From an uncultured Clostridia bacterium (GTDB lineage Bacteria; Bacillota; Clostridia; TANB77; CAG-508), in the NCBI GenBank assembly GCA_947624655.1, contig CANQLH010000005.1:9232-73231 (forward strand): a stretch of DNA of 64,000 nucleotides, written 5' to 3'. Positions within the stretch are counted from its first letter, which is position 1, and each line of letters opens with the position of its first letter. The translations under genes and the position numbers were made by a program. Below the pieces are notes generated by a model that was given only the letters and a program-made list of their open reading frames with translations, made no database searches and was not told the origin of the DNA. Shown here in pieces: positions 9,937-21,510 of the stretch.

Positions 9937-12900
9937 TTATTCATTTATATCTTCATTGTTTTCGATATTTTCTTCAGCTAAGTCATTGTCAAAGATTTCT
10001 TCGCTGTCTATGATTTCGTCATCTAAAAGCTCATCGTCTAAAATGTCGTCATCTAATACATCTTCTTGGTCAAATATATCGTCTTCTTCTTCCTCATCAA
10101 AGTTTTCGTCTGTATCTTCTTTTAGATCCTCCTCATACATTGAACCAAAATCATTATCGTCTAGTTTTAACTTTTCTCTTTGTTCTCTTTCTAGGTTGAA
10201 GTCAATTCCTTCCTCTATATTCTCTTTAAGCTCTAGTTCTTTGTTGTCTTTAGAATATAGCCTTACATCTAATCCTAAGCTTTGTAATTCTTTTATTAAT
10301 ACTTTAAATCCTGCTGGAACTCCTGGCTCTGGAATATTTTCGCCTTTTACTATTGCTTCGTATGTCTTTATTCTTCCTACTACATCATCTGATTTAACTG
10401 TTAGCATTTCTTGAAGTGTATGTGATGCTCCATAAGCTTCTAGTGCCCAAACTTCCATCTCTCCAAATCTCTGTCCACCAAATTGTGCTTTACCTCCTAA
10501 AGGTTGTTGTGTTACTAATGAGTATGGTCCAGTTGAACGAGCATGGATTTTGTCATCTACTAAGTGGTGCAATTTTAACATATACATTACACCAACTGTA
10601 ATTGGTTTGTCGAAAGGATCTCCTGTTCTTCCATCATATAGTATTGTCTTACCGTTTGGTTGTCTTCCGGCTTTTTTTAATAGTTCAACTATTTCTTCTT
10701 CTGTTGCACCATCAAATACTGGTGTTGCAACTTTATATCCTAATTCTCTTGCTGCAGCTCCTAAGTGTACTTCAAGAACTTGACCTAAGTTCATACGTGA
10801 AGGAACACCTAATGGGTTTAATACAACATCTACTGGAGTTCCATCTGGCATAAATGGCATATCTTCTACTGGTAATATTCTTGATACTACACCTTTGTTT
10901 CCGTGACGACCTGCCATCTTATCTCCAACTGATATTTTTCTTTTTTGAGCTATATAGCATCTTATTACTTGGTTTACACCTGGGCCTAATTCATCTGAGT
11001 TATCCCTTGTAAATACTTTTACGTCTACGATTGTTCCTGATTCTCCATGTGGTACACGAAGTGATGTATCTCTTACTTCTCTAGCTTTTTCTCCAAAGAT
11101 TGCACGAAGTAGTCTTTCCTCAGCTGTTAATTCTGTTTCTCCTTTTGGAGTTACTTTTCCAACTAATATATCTCCTGGTCTAACCTCTGCTCCTATTCTA
11201 ATAATTCCGTTTTCATCTAGGTCTTTTAATCCATCTTCACCAACATTTGGTATGTCTCTTGTTATCTCTTCTGGACCAAGTTTTGTATCACGGCAATCGC
11301 ATTCATATTCTTCTATGTGTATTGATGTGTATACATCTTCTTTTACTAATCTCTCGCTTAACAAAATAGCATCCTCGTAGTTATAACCTTCCCATGTTGT
11401 AAAGGCTATTATTACGTTCTTACCAAGAGCCATCTCTCCTTTATCTGTTGCAGGTCCATCTGCTATAACGTCTCCTGCTTTAACCTTTTCGCCTTTTACT
11501 ACTATTGGTTTTTGGTTTATACATGTTGCACCGTTTGTCCTCTTGAACTTACGTAATCTATAATTTTCTATTTCTCCTTTTGTTGTTTCTAGTGTAATTT
11601 CGTCACCTGTAACTTTTTTAATTACACCATCTGATTTTGCAAGTATCATTATTCCAGAATCTTTTGCTGCTTTGTATTCTATTCCTGTTCCAACGATAGG
11701 CGATTCTGTAATCATTAGTGGAACTGCTTGACGTTGCATGTTTGCACCCATTAAGGCACGGTTTGCGTCATCATGCTCCAAGAATGGTATCATTGCTGCT
11801 CCAACTGATACTAATTGCTTTGGAGATACGTCCATATAGTCAACCTTATCTGCTGGAACTTCTGTAACTTCATCTAGGTATCTAACTTTTATTTTTTTAT
11901 TTACGAATTTTCCATCTTCTCCTATTGGTTCATTTGCTTGTGCTATGATATGTCCGTCTTCATCATATGCTGCCATATATACTATCTCGTCTGTTACTTT
12001 ATGTGTTACTGGGTCTATTTTTCTATATGGTGTCTCAATGAAACCATATTCATTTATTATTGCAAATGAAGAAAGTGCTGAGATTAGTCCTATGTTTGGT
12101 CCTTCTGGTGATTCGATTGGGCAAAGTCTACCATAGTGTGTATAGTGTACGTCTCTTACCTCGAATCCTGCTCTTTCTCTAGAAAGTCCTCCAGGTCCTA
12201 ATGCTGAAATTCTTCTTTTATGTGTTAATTCTGATAATGGGTTTGTTTGATCCATGAATTGTGAAAGTTGTGAGCTTCCAAAGAATTCTCTTATTGATGA
12301 TGTTATTGGTTTTGTGTTTATTAATGTTTGTGGTGTAACAACATCTAAGTCTTGTATTGTCATTCTTTCTCTTACAACTCTCTCAAGTCTTGTTAATCCT
12401 ATTCTAAATTGATTTTGTAATAATTCTCCAACGCTTCTTATACGTCTATTTCCTAGGTGGTCTATGTCATCAACAGAACCTAGTTTATGGTCTAGGTTTA
12501 AAAGATAACTTACTGATGCGATTATATCTTCTGTTGTGATGTGTTTTGGTATTAATTCATTTAAATTTTCTTTTATTGCTTTCTTTAAATCTTTTTCGTC
12601 TGTATTGTCTAATATATTTTTAAGTACAGCATAGTTAACTTCTTCTTTTATGTTTAAGTCTCTTAAATCTACTGAAACAACATTATGAATGTCTACTGTT
12701 CCATTTCCTATGACTATAACTTTTTTATCATCAACTTTAACATTAACTACATTTATTCCAGAGTCTTGTATTTTACGTGCCATTTCTTCTGAAATAACTG
12801 TGTCTTTTTGTACAAGTATTTCTCCTGTTTCTTGGTCTACTATATCATCAAATGCAATTCTATTTTTGATTCTTGAAGCTAAGCTTAATTTTCTATTAAA

Positions 12901-13716
12901 TTTATATCTTCCAACTTTTGCTAAATCATATCTTCTATCGTCAAAGAATAAACCATTGAATAGATTTCTTGCTGCTTCTACTGATGGAAGTTCTCCTGGT
13001 CTTAACTTTTTATATATCTCTATTAAAGCATCATTTTGTGTTTTTATTGTATCTTTTTGTAATGTTGCTATAATTTTTTCTTCTTCTCCAAACATTTCTA
13101 TTATTTGCTCATCTGTTGTAAGTCCTATTGCTCTTAATAAAGTTGTTACAGGTATTCTTCTTGTTCTGTCAACTCTTGCATAGAATAAGTCGTTTGGATC
13201 TGTCTTGTATTCTATCCATGCTCCTCTTATTGGCATTACTGTTGCTTCATATACCTTTTTGCCTGATTTATCCATTTCTTCTGTATAATAGCATCCTGGT
13301 GAACGTACTAATTGGCTTACAATAACTCTTTCTGCACCATTTATTACGAAGGTTCCGCTATCTGTCATTATTGGGAAATCACCTAGGTATATTTCTTGCT
13401 CTTTTATTTCCCCTGTCTCTCTATTTATTAATCTTACTTTTACATGTAGTCTTGATGAGTATGTAGCGTCTCTTTCCTTTGTTTCTTCTAGCGAGTATTT
13501 TGTTTTTTCTTCCATATAGTAGTCAAAAAATTCAAGTACTAGGTTTCCTGAATAATCAACTATTGGCGAAATGTCTCTTAATACTTCTCCTAAGCCTTCT
13601 TTTAAAAACCAATCATAAGAGTCTTTTTGTACTTTAATGAAATTTGGCATTTCAATACTATCACCAATTTTTGCGAACGTCTTACGTACGCATTTTTCAT
13701 GTTTTACATCTTTCAT
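9937..13716 (-). CDS. rpoB: DNA-directed RNA polymerase subunit beta, with a long acidic C-terminal tail
   Basis: An intact 1259-aa ORF with canonical RpoB sequence throughout, for example GRHGNKGV and [18 protein letters not shown]. The last ~90 aa are D/E-rich. Confidence 0.97.
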   Translation of the reverse strand: MKDVKHEKCVRKTFAKIGDSIEMPNFIKVQKDSYDWFLKEGLGEVLRDISPIVDYSGNLVLEFFDYYMEEKTKYSLEETKERDATYSSRLHVKVRLINRETGEIKEQEIYLGDFPIMTDSGTFVINGAERVIVSQLVRSPGCYYTEEMDKSGKKVYEATVMPIRGAWIEYKTDPNDLFYARVDRTRRIPVTTLLRAIGLTTDEQIIEMFGEEEKIIATLQKDTIKTQNDALIEIYKKLRPGELPSVEAARNLFNGLFFDDRRYDLAKVGRYKFNRKLSLASRIKNRIAFDDIVDQETGEILVQKDTVISEEMARKIQDSGINVVNVKVDDKKVIVIGNGTVDIHNVVSVDLRDLNIKEEVNYAVLKNILDNTDEKDLKKAIKENLNELIPKHITTEDIIASVSYLLNLDHKLGSVDDIDHLGNRRIRSVGELLQNQFRIGLTRLERVVRERMTIQDLDVVTPQTLINTKPITSSIREFFGSSQLSQFMDQTNPLSELTHKRRISALGPGGLSRERAGFEVRDVHYTHYGRLCPIESPEGPNIGLISALSSFAIINEYGFIETPYRKIDPVTHKVTDEIVYMAAYDEDGHIIAQANEPIGEDGKFVNKKIKVRYLDEVTEVPADKVDYMDVSPKQLVSVGAAMIPFLEHDDANRALMGANMQRQAVPLMITESPIVGTGIEYKAAKDSGIMILAKSDGVIKKVTGDEITLETTKGEIENYRLRKFKRTNGATCINQKPIVVKGEKVKAGDVIADGPATDKGEMALGKNVIIAFTTWEGYNYEDAILLSERLVKEDVYTSIHIEEYECDCRDTKLGPEEITRDIPNVGEDGLKDLDENGIIRIGAEVRPGDILVGKVTPKGETELTAEERLLRAIFGEKAREVRDTSLRVPHGESGTIVDVKVFTRDNSDELGPGVNQVIRCYIAQKRKISVGDKMAGRHGNKGVVSRILPVEDMPFMPDGTPVDVVLNPLGVPSRMNLGQVLEVHLGAAARELGYKVATPVFDGATEEEIVELLKKAGRQPNGKTILYDGRTGDPFDKPITVGVMYMLKLHHLVDDKIHARSTGPYSLVTQQPLGGKAQFGGQRFGEMEVWALEAYGASHTLQEMLTVKSDDVVGRIKTYEAIVKGENIPEPGVPAGFKVLIKELQSLGLDVRLYSKDNKELELKENIEEGIDFNLEREQREKLKLDDNDFGSMYEEDLKEDTDENFDEEEEDDIFDQEDVLDDDILDDELLDDEIIDSEEIFDNDLAEENIENNEDINE

Positions 13717-14012
13717 GGATTGTTTTCACTCCTTAATAAATTTTAATTTGTGAAGCATTAGATAAAATTTATCTTTAAAGAAGTCCTTCTTAAAATGTAC
13801 TTATTTACTATCAGAAAATTATCGCTTCAAAATAAGTTTCCGTAATAATAGAGGCACATTTTAATTCCTCTTCTTTTAGAATTAAAATATATTATCGATT
13901 ATAATTTCAGTTTAATATTATAGCATGTACTGGTAAAACTTGTCAAGCCTTACGGATAAAATAATTTGGAAAATTTTTGAGAAAAATTTTGGGTGAATTA
14001 AAATATATAATT

Positions 14013-14894
14013 TTAATACTCCCATTTGGGTACATATTGTTTTTCATCTTCTTCGGCATAATCTTGCATATATCCATTTTGTATATCAATTTCGTATATG
14101 TAATCTTCTATTTCTTGGTATTCCTCTTTTGTTATTTTTCTATTAATTTCTTCATATTCATTTGATTTATATGTTGGAAAGTATTGTGTCATCACACTTA
14201 CATAAACTTTTTCGTCTATATTTTCTTTTATCCAGTTTAATACATTTTTTGTATCACTTAAGTTATTTGGTAATACTAAATGTCTTATTATAACCCCCTT
14301 TGTTATCATTCCGTTTTCATCAAATATAGGTGCACCTACTTGTCTATACATTTCTTGTATTGCTTTTGTTGCTATTTCAAAATAGTTATTTATTTTTGAA
14401 TATCTCAAGGCGATTTTGTCATCATAATATTTTAAGTCTGGTAAATATACATCTATTTTGCCTTCTAATTTTTTAAGTGTTTCTACATTTTCATATCCAT
14501 TTGTGTTATATATTATTGGAAGTCTTAAACCATTCTTCTTTGCTAACTTTATGGCTTTGGCTATTTTATCTGCATATATTGTAGGTGATACTAAATTTAT
14601 ATTTTCTGCTCCATTTTCTTGCTGTTTTAAAAAAATTTCTGCAAGTTCTTTCACTTCTATTTCTCTACCGTTACCAAGGTTGCTTATCTCATAATTTTGG
14701 CAAAATACACAGTTAAGATTACATTTTGAAAAGAACACAGTTCCAGAGCCATGTTTACCGCTTATACATGGTTCTTCAAATTTGTGCAAACTCACTCCTC
14801 CAATTTGCATTTTATCTCCTGCTTTGCATCTTCCTATATTTGTTTTTCTATCTACTCCACATTTATGTGGACAAAGTATGCATTTTTCTTCCAT
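14013..14894 (-). CDS. Radical SAM protein (PflX-like, pyruvate formate-lyase-activase-related family)
   Basis: The 293-aa ORF contains CNLNCVFCQN, a CxxxCxxC radical-SAM cluster motif, and an N-terminal Cys cluster CILCPHKC. Confidence 0.75.
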   Translation of the reverse strand: MEEKCILCPHKCGVDRKTNIGRCKAGDKMQIGGVSLHKFEEPCISGKHGSGTVFFSKCNLNCVFCQNYEISNLGNGREIEVKELAEIFLKQQENGAENINLVSPTIYADKIAKAIKLAKKNGLRLPIIYNTNGYENVETLKKLEGKIDVYLPDLKYYDDKIALRYSKINNYFEIATKAIQEMYRQVGAPIFDENGMITKGVIIRHLVLPNNLSDTKNVLNWIKENIDEKVYVSVMTQYFPTYKSNEYEEINRKITKEEYQEIEDYIYEIDIQNGYMQDYAEEDEKQYVPKWEY

Positions 14895-14895
14895 A

Positions 14896-15160
14896 TTATT
14901 CCCCTTTAAAGTCTTTTGCTACACTCTCTATATTTTGTAGTTCGAATCTATATTCTTGTCTTACATTTGGATATTTTTCTTTATCTACTTTTGATAAAAA
15001 CATTTCATATGGTCTAAGATATAAGGTATCTGTTTTTCCATATAAAGACCTATATATAACATATTTTTCTTTTGTTTCACTATGTATTCCGTACTCCTTC
15101 GACTAGGTAATAATCTCCTTTGAAATGCCTATATATTCCATGTATTTTTAATTCTTGCAT
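14896..15160 (-). CDS. DUF1653-like small protein, interrupted by one CGG +1 site
   Basis: Not in the ORF track. A GGAGG RBS precedes ATG (rc of 15158-15160). Translation runs MQELKIHGIYRHFKGDYYLVEGV, then CGG at 15089-15091. Skipping the C gives GIHSETKEKYVIYRSLYGKTDTLYLRPYEMFLSKV...RFELQNIESVAKDFKGE. Confidence 0.6.
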
Positions 15161-15312
15161 ATTTTCCTCCATATATAAATTTAAATTATTATATATGAAT
15201 ATAATAATTTTTTCAAGGAGAATAACTTGAATTGTAATAAAATATTACATTTTATGTTGCATTTTATTACAATGTGTTGTATAATAAAAATTAAGATAGG
15301 AGGTTATGTATC

Positions 15313-15636
15313 ATGAATGAACTAGGTACAAGATTAAAAAAAGCTAGAGAATATTTGGGTTTAACACAAGATGACGTTGCAAAATTAATGGGTGTATCTA
15401 GAGTAACTATTACAAATATTGAAACTGGAACTCGAAAAGTTTCTGCCGAAGAGTTGTCTAAGTTTTCTAAAATATATGGTTGCACAATGGAAGAATTATT
15501 AGAAGGAGAAAAAGAAGAAGAAAATATTTCTATGTACGCAAGAACATTTGGTGAGTTATCACCAAAAGATCAAGAAGAAATAATTAATTTAATTAAGTTT
15601 AAAAAATTGTATAAGGATAAAAAACTTAATGAATAA
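15313..15636 (+). CDS. XRE-family helix-turn-helix transcriptional regulator
   Basis: LGTRLKKAREYLGLTQDDVAKLMGVSRVTITNIETG is a typical HTH_3 sequence. Its stop overlaps the start of the next gene. Confidence 0.85.
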   Translation: MNELGTRLKKAREYLGLTQDDVAKLMGVSRVTITNIETGTRKVSAEELSKFSKIYGCTMEELLEGEKEEENISMYARTFGELSPKDQEEIINLIKFKKLYKDKKLNE

Positions 15637-17002
15637 CGAATTTGACTATTCCAATTACTTTTCTTCTCCTGAACTCTTAGCTAATGCTGTATTAAATCAA
15701 TATGAAAAAGAAATAGGAAATTTGACATTTCCTATAAATCCCTTTAAAATTTTAAAAGATTTAAACATAAAAATATTAATAAGAAATTTTAAGAATCTAG
15801 AAGGTCTATATATTCCTAAATCTAGTGATGGTGACATTGATGTTGTTGCTATAAATTATAACAGATCTATTTATAGACAAAGATTCACTGCCGCTCATGA
15901 AATATGTCATTATGTTAAAGATAGGAATAATAATACAATTATTTGTCCTATAAATGGAAACAAGAATGCCATAGAAAAATTTGCAGATAATTTTGCCGCT
16001 TCTTTGCTAATGCCAATCAATGAATTAAAAAAACAGGTAAATAAATATCTGAATGAAAATGGATATATAGATTTAGAAAATGTAATATATGTTTCTGAAT
16101 ATTTTGGAGTAAGTTTTGAAGGCTGTGTATACAGTATTGCTTATAAATTGCATAAAATTGAAGGAGATACAGAAAGCAAGTCTCTAAAGAGAAGAATTGT
16201 AAAAGCAAAACCTGAAAAATTAAGGGAAAAATTTGGAATAAGAAATTATTTGAAATTAACTAGAGAATTAGTAGATTTTTGCTGTTATGCTAGACCAAAA
16301 GGGAATACTTTAACTAATATTAAATTTAAACAATTTTTGGTATTAAATGAAAATAGATTAGAGAATATTAATATAAATGAAAACGAGCTTAATTATATTC
16401 TAGCTGATATAAGGCTTAATAATGATTTTTCAAAATATAAAAGTGAAACAGATAAGAATATTTTAGAAGCCTTGGGAAATATTGAAATGCTAGAATATGT
16501 ATTAAACACCAATGAAAAAATTGATGTATGGAAACTATCTAAATTGCAAAAATTACTATATAAATACACACCTTTTGGAAGTGAAATGTTATTTCCTAGA
16601 CAAAGTAATAATATAATTAATGGTGCAGAAATAAGCACCGTAGATTATAAACTTGTTCCTCAAGAACTAATAATTGTTGGAGAAAAAATTAATGATTTAA
16701 TCTCTAAAAAGGATACACTAACACTACATGAATATATCTTAGAAGCAATAAAAATTCATCATAGATTAACTGTTATTCACCCTTTAGAAGATGGCAATGG
16801 AAGGTGTTGTAGAGCATTATTATTATGGATATTAAGATTAAAAAATGTTCTACCAATATATATAAAGATAGAAGATAAATCAAAATATCTTGAAGCATTA
16901 AATAAAATTGACACTCAAAATGATTATGGCTATTTGGAACTATTCATATTACAGCAAATAATTTATAGCCTAGTTATTTTTGACGAAAAATTAAAATTAT
17001 AG
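15629..17002 (+). CDS. ImmA/IrrE-type zinc metallopeptidase fused to a Fic (AMPylase) domain
   Basis: The N-terminal half contains the HExxH motif (AAHEICHYV). The C-terminal half contains the Fic motif HPLEDGNGRCCR (HxFxxGNGRxxR). The gene is translationally coupled to the XRE gene. Confidence 0.8.
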   Translation: MNNEFDYSNYFSSPELLANAVLNQYEKEIGNLTFPINPFKILKDLNIKILIRNFKNLEGLYIPKSSDGDIDVVAINYNRSIYRQRFTAAHEICHYVKDRNNNTIICPINGNKNAIEKFADNFAASLLMPINELKKQVNKYLNENGYIDLENVIYVSEYFGVSFEGCVYSIAYKLHKIEGDTESKSLKRRIVKAKPEKLREKFGIRNYLKLTRELVDFCCYARPKGNTLTNIKFKQFLVLNENRLENININENELNYILADIRLNNDFSKYKSETDKNILEALGNIEMLEYVLNTNEKIDVWKLSKLQKLLYKYTPFGSEMLFPRQSNNIINGAEISTVDYKLVPQELIIVGEKINDLISKKDTLTLHEYILEAIKIHHRLTVIHPLEDGNGRCCRALLLWILRLKNVLPIYIKIEDKSKYLEALNKIDTQNDYGYLELFILQQIIYSLVIFDEKLKL

Positions 17003-17083
17003 ATTTGAAACTTTTTTAAAGTGGCTCAAAAATTTTTGAGCCACTAACTAATATTCAATTTTAAAATATTCTATTATATAAAG

Positions 17084-17257
17084 CTACTTTTCTACACTTC
17101 TATTTGCTATTTCTATTGCTTTTGAAACTATGTTTCCGCATGTTTTAGAAGATACATTTCCCCATCCGCCTTCTTCTTTTACTGTATCATATACTCCTAA
17201 TTCTTTTGCTATTTCTTCTTTTAGATTTTCTGACATTAAGCTTTTATTTCTAGACAT
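17084..17257 (-). CDS. Small acid-soluble spore protein, alpha/beta type
   Basis: A 57-aa ORF not in the track, preceded by a GGAGG RBS: MSRNKSLMSENLKEEIAKELGVYDTVKEEGGWGNVSSKTCGNIVSKAIEIANRSVEK. This matches the SASP pattern. Confidence 0.8.
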   Translation of the reverse strand: MSRNKSLMSENLKEEIAKELGVYDTVKEEGGWGNVSSKTCGNIVSKAIEIANRSVEK

Positions 17258-17403
17258 TTTAATTACCTCCTAATTACTTAGAGATAATTTTATTGTGCAC
17301 ATATTTTTTTATTTTATTTAATAAAAATTTTGGATATATTTTTATTAAAATACTTTTTTATTTGAGTTTTGTATTTACTATGAATTTTTAAATTACCAAT
17401 ATT

Positions 17404-18792
17404 TTAAGTCGTAAGTGTTCCATTTGGTGTATTAACTATCATCAATATGTCTTCTTCTTTTCCATTTTCTGCATTTATATATACTAAAAATTCATTATCT
17501 TTTACTTTGCCTTTAAATTCCCAACATAATATTTCTGTATTGTATTCTGTTGGAATAATTGCCAAATTTTGGCTATTTATTTCAAGTTTTGGATTTAGTT
17601 TTTCTTTTGCTTTTTCTGCTGTTATTAAATTTTCTTTTCTTTCTCTTTCATGATGACAATTTAAGTATCCTGCTGATTCCATTCCTAAAATTTCTCCATC
17701 ATCTAATGCTATTTTTAGCTTTATAAGGTCGGCATAAACTACTATATCATCTTGAGTATAAGCATAATTTACAAGTATTGCTCCATTTTGTTTCATGTAG
17801 TAGGTTTCTTTCATATTAGCATATCCTTTTTCTTCAAGAAATTCTTTGCCCTTTTCTATTGCTTCTTCTGGGGATATTTTTTCTTCTGGTATATCCTTAT
17901 AATAATTCATATATACTACATGTCCGCCTTTTTGCGATATTGAGATACTTTTGGTTTTGTCATTTTCTTTTACTATAAAATTATATGATGGAATATTGCC
18001 ATTTTCTGATAAACCATTGCTTGAAATACTTTCGTCTCCTGCTCCTGTAAAATTTTTTACAATTTCTTTTGCTTTGTTTTCGTCTATATCATCTCCTGTT
18101 AAGCCTTTTCTTTCTGGACTTGTCATATGTTCTGAAAATGCTCCGTCATAAATAAGACCTGTGTAATCATCAAATGTTGACTCTATATTTCCAAAGCTAT
18201 CAGTAGACATATTGCTTACTTGCTGAGCAAAAGCTGTATTTCCTTTTTTTGTTAATTCTCCCCAACTAATTGTTCCGTCATTTATTTCGTATGCTAATTG
18301 GTTTAATGTATCTTTTAATGTTACTGAATAATCATGCATTTTTTCTAAATTATTTAATTCATCATTGCTTAAATCTTCTCCATTTATTGTCTTCATGGAT
18401 AAAGTATAACTATAATCACTAACTTGATTTAAAAACTTCTGTGCTTTTGATAATCCTTCTGTGTTTATTGGAAGTTGTGCTAAATATACGCCTGCTAGAT
18501 TTGATTCGCTCCATACATTCGCTAGAGTTTCTGCACCATGTTCTGCAGTTGATGTGATTGTTGATTTTGCAAGGTAAGTTTCCACTTTATCAATATAGCT
18601 TACAAGCTCATAAAATGCCATATTGTATGCATTTTCTGATACTTGTCTATATTCTTTTTCTTTATTATAAGTATAAATTGCAAGTGCTATAACAGCTAAA
18701 AGCAGTACAACAATTATCATTACTATTGTAAACATATGTCTATCTTTTAGTCTGTTTTTCCAATCTGCAAATTTTGTTTTAATATTTCCCAT
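17404..18792 (-). CDS. ypeB: Germination protein YpeB-like (membrane anchor plus PepSY domains)
   Basis: A 462-aa ORF with an N-terminal TM helix and overall YpeB-like sequence (YNMAFYELVSYIDKVE..., C-terminal PepSY-like repeats). Confidence 0.7.
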   Translation of the reverse strand: MGNIKTKFADWKNRLKDRHMFTIVMIIVVLLLAVIALAIYTYNKEKEYRQVSENAYNMAFYELVSYIDKVETYLAKSTITSTAEHGAETLANVWSESNLAGVYLAQLPINTEGLSKAQKFLNQVSDYSYTLSMKTINGEDLSNDELNNLEKMHDYSVTLKDTLNQLAYEINDGTISWGELTKKGNTAFAQQVSNMSTDSFGNIESTFDDYTGLIYDGAFSEHMTSPERKGLTGDDIDENKAKEIVKNFTGAGDESISSNGLSENGNIPSYNFIVKENDKTKSISISQKGGHVVYMNYYKDIPEEKISPEEAIEKGKEFLEEKGYANMKETYYMKQNGAILVNYAYTQDDIVVYADLIKLKIALDDGEILGMESAGYLNCHHERERKENLITAEKAKEKLNPKLEINSQNLAIIPTEYNTEILCWEFKGKVKDNEFLVYINAENGKEEDILMIVNTPNGTLTT

Positions 18793-18914
18793 AAATTTCC
18801 TTTCTCGCCTTCATTTTGTTTTATATATGTAGAAGGCATATATTAATCTTTATGCTTTTATATTATTGTCTTATATTTGGAAATTTATACAAAAAATTCA
18901 TATGTCTTTTTTGT

Positions 18915-20049
18915 TTATTCTATAACATTTTTAATAATTATCTCACATACATCTTTTGATGAATTAGGTTTTGCGTACTTAAGTACATTTTGCTTAAGTT
19001 CTTCTAATTTTTCGTTATTATATATTATGTCATTTAATTTTTCTTCTATATTATCATCCTTTTTTATCCATATTGCTACATTATTTTCTTCCATAACTTC
19101 TGCGTTTTCTTCTTCTTGGCCTGGTATTGCATTAATTAAAATTATTGGTACTCCACTTGCCATACTCTCTGAGCTTGTTATTCCTCCGTGGCTTTGTTAT
19201 AACAATATCTGATATGCTCATAAGTTCAGGAACTTTTTCAGTATATTCAATAACTTTTATATTTTCTTCTGCATTATAATCTCTAACTATTTCTATAAAT
19301 TTATTATAAATTTTTTCATTCTTACCTGAAATTGCAATTACCTGCACGTCTTTAAATTCTCTTGCCAAGATTTCTAATATATCATACACGCTTCTTTTTG
19401 CAAGTCCATACTTACCTCCCGCAAAAAAGAGGATTGTTTTTTTATTGTCTTTTAGCATATTCTCCTTTAGTATATCTTGTCTTTCATATTTTTTTGAAAA
19501 ATTTGCTGAAATAGGTATACCTGTTACATATATTTTTTCACTTGATATTCCACGTTCTTCTAATTCTACTTTCATTTTTTCATTTGCTATGAAAAAGTAA
19601 TCTATATATTCATGTTTTACTAGCCATTGGTTATGTGATTTAAAATCAGTAAGAACATTTGCTATCTTTACATCTATTTTTTTTTGTTTTTTTAATGATG
19701 TACACATTTGTGTTGCAAATGGGTGTGTACATACTATGACATTAGGATTTATTTTTTTTATTAATTTATGTAATTTTAGTGATAATAGTTTATTTGATGT
19801 TTTTGTAAATTGTGATATTGGCCCTTTTTTTGATGCTTTATATACTGTTCCCCACATTTTGGGTGTTTTTTTTGCCATTCCTGTATATGCACTTGTTGTT
19901 ATCTTATTAATCATCTTATTCACATAATCCATACAATCTATCATTTCTACATCTATTTCTGGATATTGATTATTAAAAGCTTCTTTTATCGCTTTAGCTG
20001 CACTTAAATGTCCTCCTCCATAGTTTGCGTAAAATATTAGTATTTTCAT
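18915..20049 (-). CDS. MGDG-synthase-family diacylglycerol glycosyltransferase, interrupted by one CGG +1 site
   Basis: ORFs 19132..20079 and 18915..19163. The probable start is MKILIFYANYGGGHLSAAKAI. Skipping the C of the CGG at 19186-19188 gives [32 protein letters not shown]. Confidence 0.75.
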
Positions 20050-20444
20050 TCTTTCAAATTTTTCTCCTTTGCATATCATTATGGCTTATTATATCATTTA
20101 TATTGTAAGTACGTCAAATAAAATTTTGTTACATGACTCAAGCATCCTATTTTTAGGCTTTATTTGTTCTTATGTCATATTTTGTCATATCATTTTTCTT
20201 GACTTTCTCCTCTTGGCATTATATAAATAACATATAAAATATAATTTTATTTAATTTTTCTGCATCTTAGGTAAACTTTATAAATTCTTTAGGATTTCGC
20301 CTAAAATAAATCATTAATTTAACAATAACCGTAAAGGAGTTGGTTGCAAAATATTATCAAATAATTTCAATTACAGATATATTATTTTAATATTATATCT
20401 TGATTTACCTTATGAATTAAGATATAATTAGAAAGGAAACATTA

Positions 20445-21353
20445 ATGATAAAAAATTATGAACAAATAGAAGATTTAGATGTTACTAATGACTTAGTTTT
20501 CCAAAGAATATTTGGCAAAGTTGGTAATGAAGAAATTACAAAAGGATTCCTTGAAAAGATTTTAGGAATTCAAATTGATGAATTAACTTTAGACACTAAC
20601 AAAAGATTAATTGGAGAAGAAATAGATGATAAAATTGGACGCATTGACGTAAAAGCAAAACTTAAAGATGGCACAAAAGTTGTAATAGAAATGCAAGCTA
20701 GTAGCTACAAGTATATGCCTGAAAGACTTCTATATTATTGGGCTTCTGCATATACAGAAGGATTTAAAAAAGGCGATAAATACCGTATGCTAGAAAAAAC
20801 AATTGCAATATTAATTTCAAAAGAAAACCTAGGTATAACAAAAGGAATTTCTCAATATCATACTAAATGGGATATTAGAGAAAAAACTCATTTAGATAAA
20901 GTATTTACAAAGAACTTAGAAATACATATTTTAGAATTAGGCAAATACAAAGACGGACAAGATGATAAAGAAAAGGGCAATTGGATAAAGTTTATTAAAG
21001 ATGGGGGTAAAGCAAAAATGGATGGTAAAGTTCAAAAAGCACTAAAAGAAGCACAAGAGGAATTAGAAAGACTTACACAAGATCCTGAAACGGCAGAAAT
21101 GTATTATCAAAGAGTAAAAGACTTAAGAGATATGTTATCTTATGCCGATGCTGCAAAAGAGGAAGGCATTGAACTTGGTATGTCACAGGGAATTGAACAA
21201 GGCATAGAGCAGGGGATTGAACTTGAACAAAAGAAAATTATACTAGCCTTATATAAAAAGAATATGTCAATAGATGAAATATGTAGTATAGTAAATCTAT
21301 CAAAAGATATTGTTGAAGAAATTATAGATAACCAAAATAGTGTTACCAGTTAA
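20445..21353 (+). CDS. Rpn-family recombination-promoting nuclease / putative transposase (PD-(D/E)xK)
   Basis: A 302-aa ORF containing DLVFQRIFG...GRIDVKAKLKDGTKVVIEMQ, typical of the Rpn/YhgA family. The C-terminus has GIEQGIEQGIE repeats. Confidence 0.7.
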   Translation: MIKNYEQIEDLDVTNDLVFQRIFGKVGNEEITKGFLEKILGIQIDELTLDTNKRLIGEEIDDKIGRIDVKAKLKDGTKVVIEMQASSYKYMPERLLYYWASAYTEGFKKGDKYRMLEKTIAILISKENLGITKGISQYHTKWDIREKTHLDKVFTKNLEIHILELGKYKDGQDDKEKGNWIKFIKDGGKAKMDGKVQKALKEAQEELERLTQDPETAEMYYQRVKDLRDMLSYADAAKEEGIELGMSQGIEQGIEQGIELEQKKIILALYKKNMSIDEICSIVNLSKDIVEEIIDNQNSVTS

Positions 21354-21510
21354 TTAAAATTATAAAGAAATAGTCACAAACCAGAAAATTCCTTTCCTGT
21401 CCGTGACTATATTATTTTTTCTATATTGATTCCTTATATTTATAATTTTGTCATTACCTCATTTCGTTAATCGGTAACTATCAAATAGATTGCGGAAAGG
21501 CCAATTTTAT

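Noticed and set aside
21372-21420. A possible terminator after the Rpn-family gene (AGTCAC...GTGACT followed by a T-run).
   Set aside because: The stem is only 6-7 bp with a ~25-nt loop. That is too weak to call with confidence.
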